Of a stretch of DNA of 64,000 nucleotides, positions 1 to 14,430 are shown one piece after another. The notes under the pieces are model-generated. The model was given only the letters and a program-made list of their open reading frames with translations. It made no database searches and was not told where the DNA came from. Position 1 is the stretch's first letter. Each line of letters begins with the position of its first letter. The position numbers and the translations under genes were made by a program. This stretch comes from the human T2T-CHM13v2.0 reference genome, Homo sapiens: NCBI RefSeq assembly GCF_009914755.1, contig NC_060930.1. One strand, given 5' to 3'.

Positions 1-760
1 TTTATGGACATTGAGTAGGTTTATGATGATTGGATATTGTTTCAAGGGAAAGAGTGGTAAAAAGGATGGCACAAGGGACATTTGGCCTTATCAATTAAAA
101 AGTAGTATTGTCCATTAACAGAAATGGGGATGACTGAAATATATGCAGGTGGGGGCAGGAAAAGGAATATAAAAAATTCAGTATTAGGTGTGTTAATTTT
201 ATATTCCTATTAGATAAGTTCAAGTAGAGATGTCAAGTAGGAGGTTGGCTATATGAGTTTAAGTTCAGGGAAATATCTATTTGAAAATCATCAGCATATA
301 GATGTTAATAAAGCCATGAGATTTGGTGAGATCACTAAGGGAGGAATTTTAAGTAGAAAAGAGCTGAGAACTAAGCCCTGGACTCCTCCATAATTGGACC
401 CATTAAAAGAAACCAGAAAAAGATTTTGAGATTAAGTAGCCAGAGAGGACAGAAGAAACGAGAGAATGTGACACTCAGAAGCCCAATAAAGGAGAGTTTT
501 CAATAGAGAAGTAGTGATTAATTGTGCCTGATATTGCCCAAAGGGAGGATTCTGCTACATTCTTAGGGAACAAAAGGTTGTGGTCAGAGGGTGGGATGCT
601 TGAAGCTATAATTATATTCAGTTCTAGTTATTAGTAATGTAAAGGTCTGGAGAATGATGATTGAGACAGTGGCTCTATTAGGCTGAAGGACAAGATCACA
701 GGAAGAAAGGAATTTAAGAGACAGGTCAGTTTGTTGGAAGCATGTTGGAACAAGTGATAT
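1..760 (-). mobile_element. L2 LINE fragment (ancient)
   Basis: Purine-rich antisense-L2-like blocks such as 'agtagagatgtcaagtaggaggttgg', 'tcatcagcatatagatg...aagccatgaga...gagatcactaagggag' and 'actaagccctgg'; boundaries approximate. Confidence 0.75.
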
Positions 761-939
761 GCAATTGGAAAAGCTTTTTAAAAATGTGTGTGTGTATGTA
801 TTTGACAAGCAAGAATAATAGGCTAAATCTGTCAATGTGTCATTTACTAAGATTAAAAAAGGAAGTTTTGTATTGAGGTGTAATATATTAAATGCATCAG
901 GGAAATAATTATTTAACGTTAGGCTATATATATGGAATT

Positions 940-1215
940 TAATGGATTTAGTTGACTGTGAACTTAGTAAAGCTTTGCCATTAGATTCTTAATGATTTCC
1001 AATAAATTTTTTCAAAAAGGACTTACAAAAAACATGGTTAGTCCTTATCTGTATTAAATAATTTCAGCAACCAAAGTAAGAAAGGCTGCTCCTCTTTACA
1101 AGCATAGGTCAGCCACACCTTAAATGTCATGTGCCTTCACATATTCTATATTGAGCATATCAAAGGAAGAGAGACTAGGATTATGAGCGAAGTTCAAGCC
1201 TTATCACATGACTAT
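940..1215 (+). mobile_element. CR1/L3 LINE relic
   Basis: Degenerate match to CR1 ORF2 C-terminal DNA ('ggtcagccacacctt', 'gagcatatcaaaggaagagagactagg' ~ VRPHL...ERVQRRATR). Confidence 0.4.
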
Positions 1216-1454
1216 AGTGTTATCAGACAGACAATTTCATATATTTCCCTTGAGAAAAAAAAATTAAGGAAAAGTAAATGAGTGGCATTTTATATTCCTC
1301 CTTGAGCAGTAGTGACAGGAGAATGTAGAGATACCCCTGCTTGGCAGTATTAAGAATTTTTATATTTTAGTGATTGATAGCACTGCTTAATCAGCAATGT
1401 AATCCTTAAAAAATTTTGAAAATCAGTAAACGAGTTAACTTTATGGTGAAGACA

Positions 1455-1600
1455 TCACATTTTCTGGATTCTAAGACACCATCAGTTACACCATATACCA
1501 TTATTTTATGTAGCAAACTGCCATTATAATTATGATATGCCTTCATTTTTAAAACTCATTCTGATTTCAGAAATATTAAAATGTGAAAAAAGGGTTTTGG
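1455..1600 (-). mobile_element. MER104 (TcMar-Tc2) DNA transposon
   Basis: 'gattctaagacaccatc...ccattattttatgta...gatttcagaaatattaaaatgtgaaaaaa' matches the reverse complement of recalled MER104. Confidence 0.65.
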
Positions 1601-3354
1601 TATGTATAGTGATATGTAGCAATTAAAAACTGTAGCTCCTCAACTTTTTGTTTTGAATAATGTTGGTGTCTTAGTGTGCTATGTATCTTTCACATAATCC
1701 AAATCTACAAAAATATATTTTTGAAAACACATACTTTTTACTAAATATCAAATGCTTTTTTATATAAAATATTATATTTTATTATAGTTAGAAGATAGCT
1801 AATGCCTTCTCTGAATAACTTTTCAAAGCACGTTCAGCTCTTAGAGATCAGTAACAAAATTCTTATTGGGTTAATATCAGTTTTTCAGATAAAACGTTAT
1901 TCTTCATTTGCTTCACTGATGCCATGTCTTTTGACTATTAGTAACAAAATTAAGTCTACATAAAGAATATGTTAGAGATACCATGTATCCTAATTACTCC
2001 ACCTGGGGTTCCTTCAGCAGTTTGCTCTAAGTTGCTCTTTTGGCTGTGTTGTAAAGTAGTTCACACACTTGTACCTTCTGGTTTATGGGTGAATTTTGTC
2101 AGTGCATTCTATCTTTATGTGTAAGAGTTCTTCCTTGAAGTCAGATTAGGCTATCGCGGGAACAGCATGCTTCTAAGATGTTTGTGTAATGTTGATTAAT
2201 GTGACATTGTATTGTAACTTTATGGTAATAATTCTTTATCATTTAAAAGCATCTTGAATTCAAGATGTTTTTACTTTAATGCAGATTTTCTTATGAAGGA
2301 TCCTAAAAACTTGGATGCAATAATACTGCTGAAAAAAACATTGTTTTTGTTTTTGTTTTTGTTTTTTTGTGTGAATATGCACCAGAAAGCTGGACTTTAA
2401 CCTTAAGTAAATTTAGTGGAGAGCAAAGAAGTGGCACTTCACGAAAGTGCTATGAAGCAGCTATTTCTAACATCAAAACATCCGGTAACTTGTAAGCTTC
2501 ATAGTTTTCTAATTACTGAATGCCGGCTACATGTAACCATAGCCATTATATAATCATGTTTAAAGATGAGAGTAAAGGAAGTGGTAAAGATCTAGATAAT
2601 ATGTAATCTTATTTAGTTAATGTTTATGAATGATGCAGAAAAAATAATTTAAGAAAAACACTAAGCCATAGATATACTCTTTCACAGATAGCCAAGTAGT
2701 GAAGGCATTAGGTACAGATCATTTTGGAAGTATGTACAGGAGAATACGGGATGGATATAAAATTCTGCTTATTTCTTAAAGTAATTAGCTATAAAATGCT
2801 TTTTTACTTTGAATTATTAACCTTTCTAATTATTTGCCTTCCCACCAAGAAAGGCATGAGAGGTAAAGGTGGGATGAATCAATTTCATATTTTTCAATAG
2901 CAAATTTGAAGTGAATTCAATTTTGGTTAAGGTAGAAAAACTTATTTCATAGAAAAATTCTGTGGGGAGGTCCAGGAGAAAAATTAATATTGTATTTGCA
3001 TGCCATAGGTAGGATCACAGATGAATTTCAGTGGTACCCAATTACCTATATCTAAGCAAAAGGTAAAGCCATCCTTCCTAAATGATCTGTTTGATTGATA
3101 GCATCTTTCTCAATATTTTTGATTGTACAGGAAGAACGCAGCAAGGCAAAATGGTCAGCACAGGCAATGAATGAGACAGAAAGCTGACCTGAGCATCTGC
3201 CTGTGTTCTACTCTGTTGTAATTTTAGTTGCATCGGTATAATTCCATATTGGCATCATGCCGTCTTTCACTTTATTTTGCATTGTCATATAAAGCTACCA
3301 TTAAGGCATATACTCTGTCCTAAATCTCATTTGATCTCTAAGTAAAAGGTCTTA

Positions 3355-3431
3355 ACATATGTAACAAACCTGCACGTTGTGCACATGTACCCTAAAACTT
3401 AAAGTATAATAATAATAATAAAAAAAGAAAA
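3355..3431 (+). mobile_element. L1PA3/PA4-type extreme 3' end with A-rich tail
   Basis: 'acatatgtaacaaacctgcacgttgtgcacatgtaccctaaaacttaaagtataat' followed by an (aat)n/A tail. Confidence 0.92.
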
Positions 3432-4529
3432 TATGTAGATGTAATTGGTTATTACATTCAAATTAAGTTCACATTATTTCATTATGATTTATGATTTAAC
3501 TTGTGTTATGCAGTGATTCAATAGCTTTTCTTATTTTGTGCCTAGATTCATTATATTATTTTTTATAATCATATAATATTTATTCAATTTTATAAAATCT
3601 GTCATTATAACATCACATTGAGTAAACTCCCATGTGCAGACATTAAAACAGTTAAAGCAGAAAAAAAAAAAAAGCTATCAGGAAAGATGGCATACCTTAG
3701 GAGGTTTGCTAACTAAACTAAGGAAATCTGGTTCTCTTTCTCCTCAAGATACAGCCCTGTAGATAGCTGCAGATTTTTTTCAACTGAGGTCTTTGTGACA
3801 TCAGAGTATTAGAGTATTTTCTTTCCTTCTTGTATTCTGGAGGTTTAAACAGAGCCCTGGGGATAAGGCATGATGCTATCATAGGAATAGATTCTTGTCA
3901 CAAGGGCAGAAGGTTCATATGTCTTTTCTTTCAGGTCTTTTTCTTTAGAACTGATACTCTCATTTATTTATATCCAACCTTAATTTAAAAAGAGGAGGTA
4001 TGGCTAAAAATATGCACACATTGCAATAACATAAAATGAATTAAAAAATCGGAATAAAAAGGAAACAACACTAGGAAACTCAAATGAAGCCGAGATTAAA
4101 TTTAGAAAGTAGAAAGGGATGCTCTGCAATGTAAATTGGAATATTGCAAGTATTGTCTTTAAATAATTTTTTCACTTCTAAATGAAGAGAAAACAAATGA
4201 TTATAAGATTTGAAGTGGTCATGCTATTAATACTAATACCTCGGGAGAAAACAAAAACAATTTTTGCATTCCAGTTCTCGTAGGGAGCACTGTGGTGAGG
4301 TTAACGGCATCCTCAATGATACCCTCTCCAGTGAGTACAATAAAAATTATTGTAGGCATTCTTCTTATTGTCTACATGTAATATAAGCCCAGGAGTGACA
4401 GCAACATGAAAACTCAGTAAAAAGCACGTTTATAAAACAGTGATCATCTGAAAACAGCAATCTCTGAGGACAGAGGTCTATAATTGTGTCATTTTGTTAC
4501 TGGGATAAAAACTTAGAATATATAGAGGA

Positions 4530-4735
4530 GTAAATTGGCAAAGTCATCCTGTACAGGCCGGAGTAAATATTTTGGTTTTGGAGGTCATATGTTCTCCATC
4601 TCTACCTCTCAATTCTGCCTTTGTAGCATGAAAGAAACCATAGGTAATGTGTAAATGAATGGGTGTACCAATAAAACTTTAAGCAGTTAGATGGTGAGCC
4701 AGATTTGGTTCATGGACTGTCGTTTGCCAAATCTG
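4530..4735 (+). mobile_element. MER58A (hAT-Charlie) MITE
   Basis: 'gtaaatattttgg...ctcaattctgcctttgtagcatgaaagaaaccatag...ccaataaaacttt...gtttgccaa'. Confidence 0.8.
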
Positions 4736-5119
4736 ATCTAGAGAAATAGGATTTTATTCACATTAGAGATTCATCTAGTCTGTAACTTCTCAGAGCAAAT
4801 TTTTAATAAATATTTGAAAACAAAGATTAGAAATTCAAGTACATCTTTGAAATTAAAGACCTGAAAGACATTCTATTACCATGTAAGGGTACTATATGAT
4901 ATAGCTCCCCAACCAGAAAGTGGTTGATATCTTCATTTAAAAAGTAAAAAATTTAACCAGAGTTACCTCACCTCTGAATAAGGAAGGATGAATGAGTGTA
5001 ATTAATCGGGGAACATTTCCCCCTTGCCCCAAATTCTGCATTCTCCAGAACAAATGTATGTTCCTATGTGACTCATGGAAAGTACAATAATAAATCATGT
5101 GCACCTGGGAATGATCACC

Positions 5120-5235
5120 CACCTACCAGATCTGTGAACATGAGCAAGTTTTTCTCACCTATTTTTAACTAAATCTCCTTATCAGGAAGTTGGGCATAAT
5201 AATTTATTCCTCACAGGGTTGCTATAAGGCAAAAT
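5120..5235 (+). mobile_element. MIR SINE fragment
   Basis: MIR core-like 'ctgtgaacatgagcaagtt...gggcataataat...cctcacagggttgct'. Confidence 0.65.
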
Positions 5236-5309
5236 GTTTAGCCATTGGATGAATGATTGATATGAATCGATAGATCATAGTTTGGGCCCTAAAGAACATG
5301 CCAGAACTC

Positions 5310-5630
5310 CCAAACTCTTGCATATGGGACTGTATCTAACTCACAGACGTATTTGCTTTGTCCTGTGAAACATGGACTATATAAGCATCTGTGATGCAAA
5401 TGAGAAAAAAAATGGTAACTTTACATGAAAAAATACATTTTAGGGAAAAGAAAAACAAGTAGATCTGACTGCCCTGGGCCTGCTGCATTGAATTAAAACA
5501 GTCCATGTGAGCAAGGCATGTGGCCTCCAGTGTGCACAGCTGCTACCAGACACCTGTCACCCTGGAGCTCAGACTGGGCTCTGCTACCATTCACAGCCCA
5601 GCTTGTCCTGCTGTGTTGCTTTAGTAGTGT
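5310..5630. mobile_element. MER102-like hAT relic
   Basis: 'agatctgactgccctgggcct' and 'ggcatgtggcctccagt' resemble recalled MER102. Confidence 0.4.
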
Positions 5631-5774
5631 CCATAAGAAACAAATCCTTCTTGGTCCCATGTATATATCTTTTCTTTTTCTTGTGTATACCTGGCCTGCT
5701 TTGTTTTTTTTCTATTATGTTGTTCTTGTTAGGATCCCAGAGTAACGTAAAGTCAGGGGGTTATTAGTAGCTCT

Positions 5775-5945
5775 GTGATAAATGAATTCTCTAGTTAAGT
5801 AAGCTTAGGTATGCTTAAGGAAGCAAAGAAAACAGGTGTCTTCTGTGGGCCTCTCATTATCGTTTAATATATTAATGAACAGTTTCAGTTTCCAAGATAA
5901 GAGTACACCATACAGCAATCTCAAACTCATTTTGACAAATACATT
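5775..5945. mobile_element. MER103-like hAT relic
   Basis: 'aaagaaaacagg...tttaatatattaatg...tccaagat...cagcaatctcaaactcattttgac'. Confidence 0.5.
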
Positions 5946-6149
5946 TTTAAAAATTTTATTTTAATGCCCTATATGTCATGACCACTTAACTACTGACCAC
6001 ATTTTTCCCATGGAATGTGGTTTGGAAACAATGCTCTTTAAATCCTCACAGATCTTGTAATTTTAAAATAAACATCCCAGATATATTTGTTGCAAATGGT
6101 ATCCACCAATTACCTGATAATTGAACCTACTTTATAACATTAGTGGATA

Positions 6150-6380
6150 ATAATAGTATCAAGAGTAATATACTTAAGATTTATTGAAAACTTATAGGCA
6201 ACAGGTAAGCACTTAGCTAGGTTATTTTATTTAATCTGCACAAAAATTCTGTAAAGTGGATTGTCTTATCCCTCTTCCATAAATGATAAAAATGAGGTAG
6301 AGTGAAGCTAAATAACTTGCTGGCAAGTAAGACAACTAAAGTCTTTTACCCTTACTCTTAGCTGCTGGATTTCACTGCCT
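6150..6380 (-). mobile_element. MIR SINE
   Basis: Antisense MIR: 'atttattga...atttaatctgcacaaaaattctgtaaagtgg...aatgagg...aaataacttgc'. Confidence 0.65.
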
Positions 6381-9300
6381 TGACTTCATGCAGTAAGAGT
6401 TGGAAACATATGCTCTAAATTATATCTAAATTAGATTGATCTTGGACCGTGTTTCTTCCTGTAGTAATGATATATAAATATCAACTGCCTGTTGAAAATC
6501 ACTTGAGCTTTTAAATGTAAAACCTTAATACAAGTAGAAAAGTATACGTTAGATTTATTTTGTATTTGCTGGAACATATGGCTGGCTAATTCAGTAGATT
6601 CACCAATTTATAAGATTTACAAAGAAGAGGTCATGAAACTTGATGCTTTTCAGTTTTAAAACCGTATACTATTTGATGAAAGTTTTTCTAAAGAAACTGA
6701 TACTCATGGTTCTATTAAGGCACAGATTTCTTTTACCAGTCCCTGAGGGTACTGATTAGTCCTAAACTGTTCTATATTTAAGGACAGTGAAGGCTAAATA
6801 AAGATCAATAAAAGCTAAACCGAATGTTCCTGAAATCTTTTCTGCAAACGGATAGAAATTTAACCGTGGTTAGTAGAGAAGTAGATATGCCTAAACTCCC
6901 TTTGAACTCATGTAATCACTCCTCACCTTGCCCTGCCATCTTGTGTATAATGTTGCCCAAGAGGTACAAACTTTTAATTTATTAAGGGGAAAAAATATGA
7001 CAGAGTGTTGAGACGATTTTCAGTGAGGTCCAGCAATGATCTGTAAGTTGTAAGAAGCCATTTGTTTTCCAGTAGGTTGATGGAGAAGAAATACACAAAA
7101 TAATTATAAAATATCACCACCCATAATTGATGATTATACTATGTAAGTATATATATTTATAGTATATAGTACATAGGTATATCTATACATAACTAAATAT
7201 ATGTATACATACATGTTGTATTTCACTGATACCAAGATACTATTAATTATAATAATACACATCATTGATGCAATCAGAGTTTTTCAGAAAGAAGATAAGC
7301 ATATCAAACAGGCCAATTTTTGGAAGACACGTTCAGATTTCAGGAACTATCAGAATTGAAATGTGTCTTATGATTAAGTCTGTCTGGATTGCTCACTATT
7401 CAGATGTAGGGGTTGATACAATGAAAGAAAAAGATAAGTTTTTCTAGGTAGCTAGGTAAAGGGCAAGGGTTGGTAGATCTGGGAAGCAAATTAATATTTT
7501 AGCATGCTGTGAAGTTTATTTTAGAAGCTCTAAATTATGCGGGTCAAGTTCCAAGCCTTGTTGAATTAGTTGGGGTTGCCTTTAAATGGGTCACCCTCTA
7601 ATCATGCCTTATTTGTCCCTCTGGTATATTTACAGGTACTGAAGATGGATGGGGATCATTAGGTTTCTCTTATTATATTGTCCCACAAATATCTTAACCG
7701 TGAGTTTTTCAGAGTAATATTTTTCCATTTGTGTCTACAGGGTAATATATATTTGAAGAACTCATGACCATACATCAGTGTTCATGTTTCACTAAGATTG
7801 TTTCATTTTCATCCAGAAAAAAGTTTTATTTTATGTAAATAATATGTATTTTTCTGGCTCTGAAAATGATGCATGGTATTGAAGACAACTTGGAAAATGT
7901 TGGTACAAAATAGATTACTTAAAGTCACCCATAATAGCCCATTTACCTATAATGACATAATTTGAACTGTCCATTCGTCTGCTTTACATGTTTTTTGATA
8001 TAAAGTTGAGATCACGTAGTATATATATATTTTTAATTATTTCCATTTAAAATGAACATTGTGAACATGTTATCTTTAAAACAAGATGTTTAGTCTGGGT
8101 AGATAAGCAAGCATATGTTCAATAGTTTTATTCAGTGAAATAATTGCTGCTTTTATACAAGTTAGACTCAAATTATCCATGTTATTAGACTGACTTCAGA
8201 GAGGAGAGTTTTATAGGCTATCGTTTTAAAGGAAATTTATTGTCATATAAAGCTCAACAAGGGGAAAGTAGACCTAATTATCATATTTGTAACTTGTCAC
8301 TGCATTTTGTGATACTGTATTACCATGAGCTCAGGTGGTCCTAGATGCTTGGAAATTTTAACAAAGGAAATTGTACAAATTGCAATGGATAATAGCAACC
8401 TCAAATTTCATAGTATTTCTGAAAACAGCAGAAAGACTGCCCATAATTTTAAATCATTGTCACAAGTTTACATTTTCTTGAGAGTCTCTGGTCCTTAAAG
8501 TTTAATAAGATAGTCCAAATTGATAAAACTCTTTGCCCCTGGTTGAAGAAGTTTCCATAGCATGATGGTTTATTATTCTCTTCCCCCAAAGTATCTGGTG
8601 TCTACATTCATGTTAAAAAACAACAACAACAACAACAAAACAGAAAGGAAATAAATATAAGAGAATTGCATAGAATTTTTAGAAATTAATTTAATACACT
8701 TGCTTGTAGCCAAAAGGCCAATAAGTGATTAGAAATTAATTTAGTTAAAATTATCTGTAGTATAAATCATTTTTCCTGTGATTTTAATCTCTATTGTGAT
8801 AAGTGTTAGGCATCACATTTCAAAATAAGGTTCCTTTTTTAGCTCTGTTATTTAGAATTATATCTAGTATAAATGTAAGCTGTTACTGGATTGCCGAGGT
8901 ACCTGGAAATTCACTGCCTTTAGCCATTGGATTAATGTGTTAAAGGTCACCTTAAAAATTCCTGGTGCTGTGCAAATAATAGGTGCTCAGTGAATGCTTG
9001 ACTGACTCTCTGATGGAAGACAGCTCTAATAGGCTCCTGAAAGGAGGATGGAAATCTAGAGCATTGGAGGGGAGAAGGAGGCAGGAGCTTAGGACAACAT
9101 GATTACGTGGGTGAGAGAGAAAGCCACTGAGACCAAAAAAAGAACCAAAAATAAATTCCAAAATGTAAAGAGTAGCTAATTCTTGTTTTTCCCAGAGACA
9201 GTATTCTTTTTTCATACTATTTTTTGGTGATTTTCCTTTTTCTGATATTATATCCTAGATAGTTTATGAACCTTAAGAGGTTTTTGCATAGATGTGCATT

Positions 9301-11589
9301 TGTTGCGCATTCATAGCAATATCTAAGACTGTCATTTCAGAGATTTGTATCAGTCATCTAGTGATTGATAAAAAAATGACATGGAACCTACTTTTGAGAT
9401 TGGATGATGACATAATAAAGTAGCTTCTCATTTTAATTCTCATAATGACTTTGTGGTCTTAGTTATGTTATAAGTAAATATTGACCTCCTGAATCATATA
9501 CTACCAAATGGCAGGAACTGGGCTCTTTAGCCTGTTTTATCCTTTCCTCTATATAGTTGGATGACTCAGAAACACTCAAAACTGCAAGGAGATACCACTG
9601 CATTTTAAAACAAAGTTGATTGCCTAATCAATGTTAAGAGACATTGAGAGAGAGAGAGAAATCTAAGACTCGACTTTGGTTAATTGGATTGTCCAGTTGT
9701 TATCATAATGCAGGATACTGATTCATCAATATCACTGGCCTTTTAGGATGAGCGATCACAGTCTTCCATGTGCATTTACTTTATTACTGCCTTTCACACT
9801 AGACGATGCAGCTATGATGCTGTCATACTTGCTTGGTCTGAAAATGTTGACAAGTATTGATTTTCTACAAAATAATGGTACCTATTAATCTCATGTTTTA
9901 TTAATTTCTAATTTTAAAAAGCATGGGTTCAGTTGAAACATTACACTGGAAAAGATGTTTTATTTTTGTTTATAATTGTGAAAGAGAAGATTTTATAGCA
10001 CCTGCAACTGTCTATCACAATATGCAGCTTCATTGTCTTTTCTTGATTTCCAGTAGCTACCTCAATAAATCACTTATTTTTAATGTCATTCATGAAGAGT
10101 ATATAAATTATTGCTCTTCCAGTTACAACACAGCATTAATGGGAAATTGTTAATGGGAACTTGAATCATATAAAGTATCTAGAATTTCAAAATGACAAAT
10201 CTATTATTTGTTATGAATAATAGTCCTGCAGATTAATATAGCTACTTCTTTTTTCCTTTTACAAAATGTTAATCATTCAGCCTAATTCTTTGCACAATAG
10301 AAGAGGAGACAAATGTTAAACAAGACAAAACTGTGAATTTTGAAAGATGTCTCCTACTCATTTCTACATATAGGATCATTTCTCACTTTGTGAACCATAG
10401 CAGAATAGAATTAAAAATAAATAATTATTAGTATTACGCCTGTCTTTGTATTGTTTTTTCTTCTTTGTGTCTCTTATGCATCACTGCATGATTTAGTAAA
10501 TATTGTTCTCCTGAATCAAGATATGCAGATGATATTTGCTTTGGAAGTATTACAGAGGTAGAGGTTGATGGATCTGAACTGTTCATCATTGTGTGCAGTT
10601 GGCTATTCTTTTCAGTGTGGCCACTATCGCCTTTTCCTCTATGTACTTGTAACTAGAGCTAATATTGTAGAGTCCATTTCTGCACTTATTCAAATAACAG
10701 GTCATAGGTAAATATGAACTTGAATAAGTGCACAAATTTCATTGTGTCACTGAAAAATTATTTTCAATTTGATTGACATTTGCAAATAGGAGGCCGTACT
10801 TATTTGAACATCACCTATAGATGAGTCTTGTTCTACCTGCTGGGTTGCCAAGTCTAAATATTTTTAAATAACAGTGGCTATACAGGATATAGATAAAAGT
10901 CCTTTCCATAAATAAACAAATGTATACAAGAGTATGTTTGATTATTTTATGAGGATTTTACAATAGCTTTTCAGGATTCAGTTTCAAGTCAGTTCTCTCT
11001 TTCTGTCTCTGGGGGCTTGCATGTATAAACATACATGCACACGAGTGCACACTGTGGATGTGGATTATTTCATTTTACCTGCATGAAACATTGTCTGTAG
11101 TGGCCATTACTCTGTTCCTCTTTATTCTCTTCTATAAATCTCAAATTACTCTTTAATATGTGTTTATGAGACATCAATTTTTATCTGCTCCATATTTTAA
11201 GAAGGCAAACACAGTTAAGTCAAAATGACTAATGGGATGGTGGGGAAAAGTATGGGCTGATAAAAATTAAATAGGGCACAATTGATTCCCCTCCAGAGCC
11301 ATCCTTTTAATATGGCCAATTATTATGAATAAAAAACAGCATTCTAAAACATTTCTTTTAATTAAATGTTGTAATAAAGATATATACCCCTCTGCTTTCC
11401 AAGCCACATGTTATCTGTACTATGCTTCAGCAGGCACTAACAATTCAAGAGCAGTTTTAAGCTCTAGAACCTTTTACAGAAGCATAGGAGTCTTATTTCA
11501 CAGGTTTTTAAAGTGTTATGCATAATTTTTGCCAGAACACAAAAGATAATCATTGGAAAAAATCTACTGTGTTTTCATCCTCTTCTGTG

Positions 11590-12380
11590 AACATTATTTC
11601 ACCTCACTACTCTCCCCTGACAACACTGCATTCTCAGGAGCATTCACAAGCCACTTGTCATCCTTCCTTTGTTCCCTTCCAGGTCACACTCCCCTAGAGT
11701 TCTTGAAGTGTTTCGCTCTTGGCTCATCATCACCTTCTTCACCACTACTCTTGTTTTAATTACTGATGATTTCAACATTGTGGTGGATTATCTTTCTAAT
11801 TATCTGGCTTCTCGGGTGGGTCTCCCTGACCCACTGCCCTTCAATTTTCTGTCCTTCATCCTAACTCAGGCACCCAGCCCATGATCATTTCCTGCAACCA
11901 CTCTGTATTCTCAATTTCAAATTGCCTAATTTCCACCCACAATACTGTCTGTCTATCTTTCTCCCTCTAATACTCTAGCTCCAAAAATATTTCAGTCACA
12001 CCTGGAATCTAATCCTATCATGTTTTCGCTTCCTCTTGTCCTCACCTTGTAGCAAATATGCCACAGTTCCCTAGTCCATTGTATTTCCTACTTATACAGT
12101 AGACATTTTTTTCTTGACTATTCAAATCTCTGCCATCTCTTCCTTCATTCTCCCTCTTACTTGGCTAACTTGGTTCTTGCCTCACTGAGAAAATTGAAGG
12201 TATTCTAAAACTTTCACAAACTTTCATCATCACATTTAAACATCTATCTGCAACTTAACTCTATCTACTATTGATGAATTGTCCATGGTCTTATTGAAAG
12301 CCACCTCTTCCAAATGTCAATGAGAACCAATCATCCCTACTGGAGGACTGATTTAGCCGTTCAGTATTGCCCAATCCTTC
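11590..12380 (+). mobile_element. L2 LINE internal fragment (endonuclease region)
   Basis: Pyrimidine-rich; ORF 11669-11884 contains 'VLITDDFNIVVD', a decayed APE-endonuclease GDFN motif typical of L2. Confidence 0.7.
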
Positions 12381-12397
12381 ATTACAGAGAGACAAAT

Positions 12398-12736
<339 letters not shown>

Positions 12737-13593
12737 TTATTTTTAAAAATCAAGATCAGTTTCACAGCTATGAAGGATGATATGATATGATATGTTTCTG
12801 AATTAGAATAATACATATATATAGAGAGAGAGAGAGAAGAAAATGTTATATAAGTAAGTTCTGAATTATGTGTTATAGACTTAACATTTGGGCATCAGTG
12901 ATGTAAGAACTATTCAGAAATGACTTCCAGGTAAGACTTGAGCTGTGCATTCATGGATGGAGAGATTCTGATATGTGGAAAGAAAAAGCAGCTGTCCCAG
13001 GCAAGAGAACACAACACGAGCATGTGTGCAGACGTACAAATGAGCTGGTATAGTCACGGTTCAGAGGGGAAGACTGACTACCTAGTATAAAGGCTTCACA
13101 AGATTGTTCGGAAAGAGAGGTCATAGAGAAGGATTCTTAGAACCTGCTTCATGATGGCCTTGACTTTGAGGCCTAATATTAGAGATGACAGTAGAATAGT
13201 CACATGGAAATATTTACTAGTTAATTTTGTATTTTCAGAACTGAGATTGGATAATAGAATACACTGAGTTTCATGTCTTCTTTGTTTTTATACTTAGAAT
13301 CTTCCAAACTGAGTTCACATGCCATATTTTAGGATGGAGGAAAAAGACATATTGAGGGCTTTGAGGCTGATGGTTTGGTGAGCAGAGGGGAAAAGCCTGG
13401 GCACATCCAAACTTCTACTCACTCATTAAGTGAGATGCAGGAGGGACAGGCCTGGTCAGCAAAGGAGGCTGTCCCTGTGAGCAGGCTCACACTCAGGTTC
13501 AGTTTACATTTCCGCCAACCTGGGCTTCAAGGTATCAGGAGGAGACAGAAGGCCCCATCAGGAGAGTGAGGAGGTCGATGGTTGCTATTCCCG

Positions 13594-13923
<330 letters not shown>

Positions 13924-14009
13924 TGACAGTCATTTTTCTCCTAACAAACCAGGTCTTCACCTCACCTAAGGACATCTGATGCTGTTGTTAGCATAGAAAT
14001 CTCATACCT

Positions 14010-14195
14010 GCATTATGGTGCAGTTGAAATTTTCTGATGATGGAAATGTTCTATAATATAGATAGCTATTGAGCACTTACAATTTCGCTAGTCCAACTGA
14101 GAAGCGAAGCATTTCATTTTATTTTAATTTATTTGAATTTAAATCTAAATAGTCACATGTAGTTATGGGCTACTAAATTTGATAGGGCAACTATA
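14010..14195. mobile_element. MER3 (hAT-Charlie) MITE
   Basis: 'gatgatggaaatgttctata...gctattgagcactt...aatagtcacatgt...ggctacta'. Confidence 0.75.
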
Positions 14196-14214
14196 GAGCT
14201 AACCTCTATTTAAT

Positions 14215-14430
14215 ATTTATTGGGTGTGTCATGTGCCTGGCCTAATCTAAGAACTTTATATGTACCCTTAATATTAACTATTTGAATTTCCATAATAATC
14301 ACAAGGATTAAGCATTCAAATTTTCCCCATTATAGTAATGAGTGAACTGGAGTAGAGAGAGGTTTAGCATAGGAAGGAAATAGCAAGGTTGGGATTTAAA
14401 CCTAGTTAGTATATTTACAGAGCTTACACA
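14215..14430 (-). mobile_element. MIR SINE
   Basis: 'atttattgggtg...atgtgcctggc...ccccattatag...gggatttaaacctag'. Confidence 0.65.

Noticed and set aside
7636-7699. Plus-strand exon-like segment (tttacag|...AACC|gtgagt)
   Set aside because: Isolated 64-bp motif pair with a weak exonic donor side and no recognisable peptide; indistinguishable from a pseudo-exon. The same applies to lone acceptors near 3130, 9747 and 25539.
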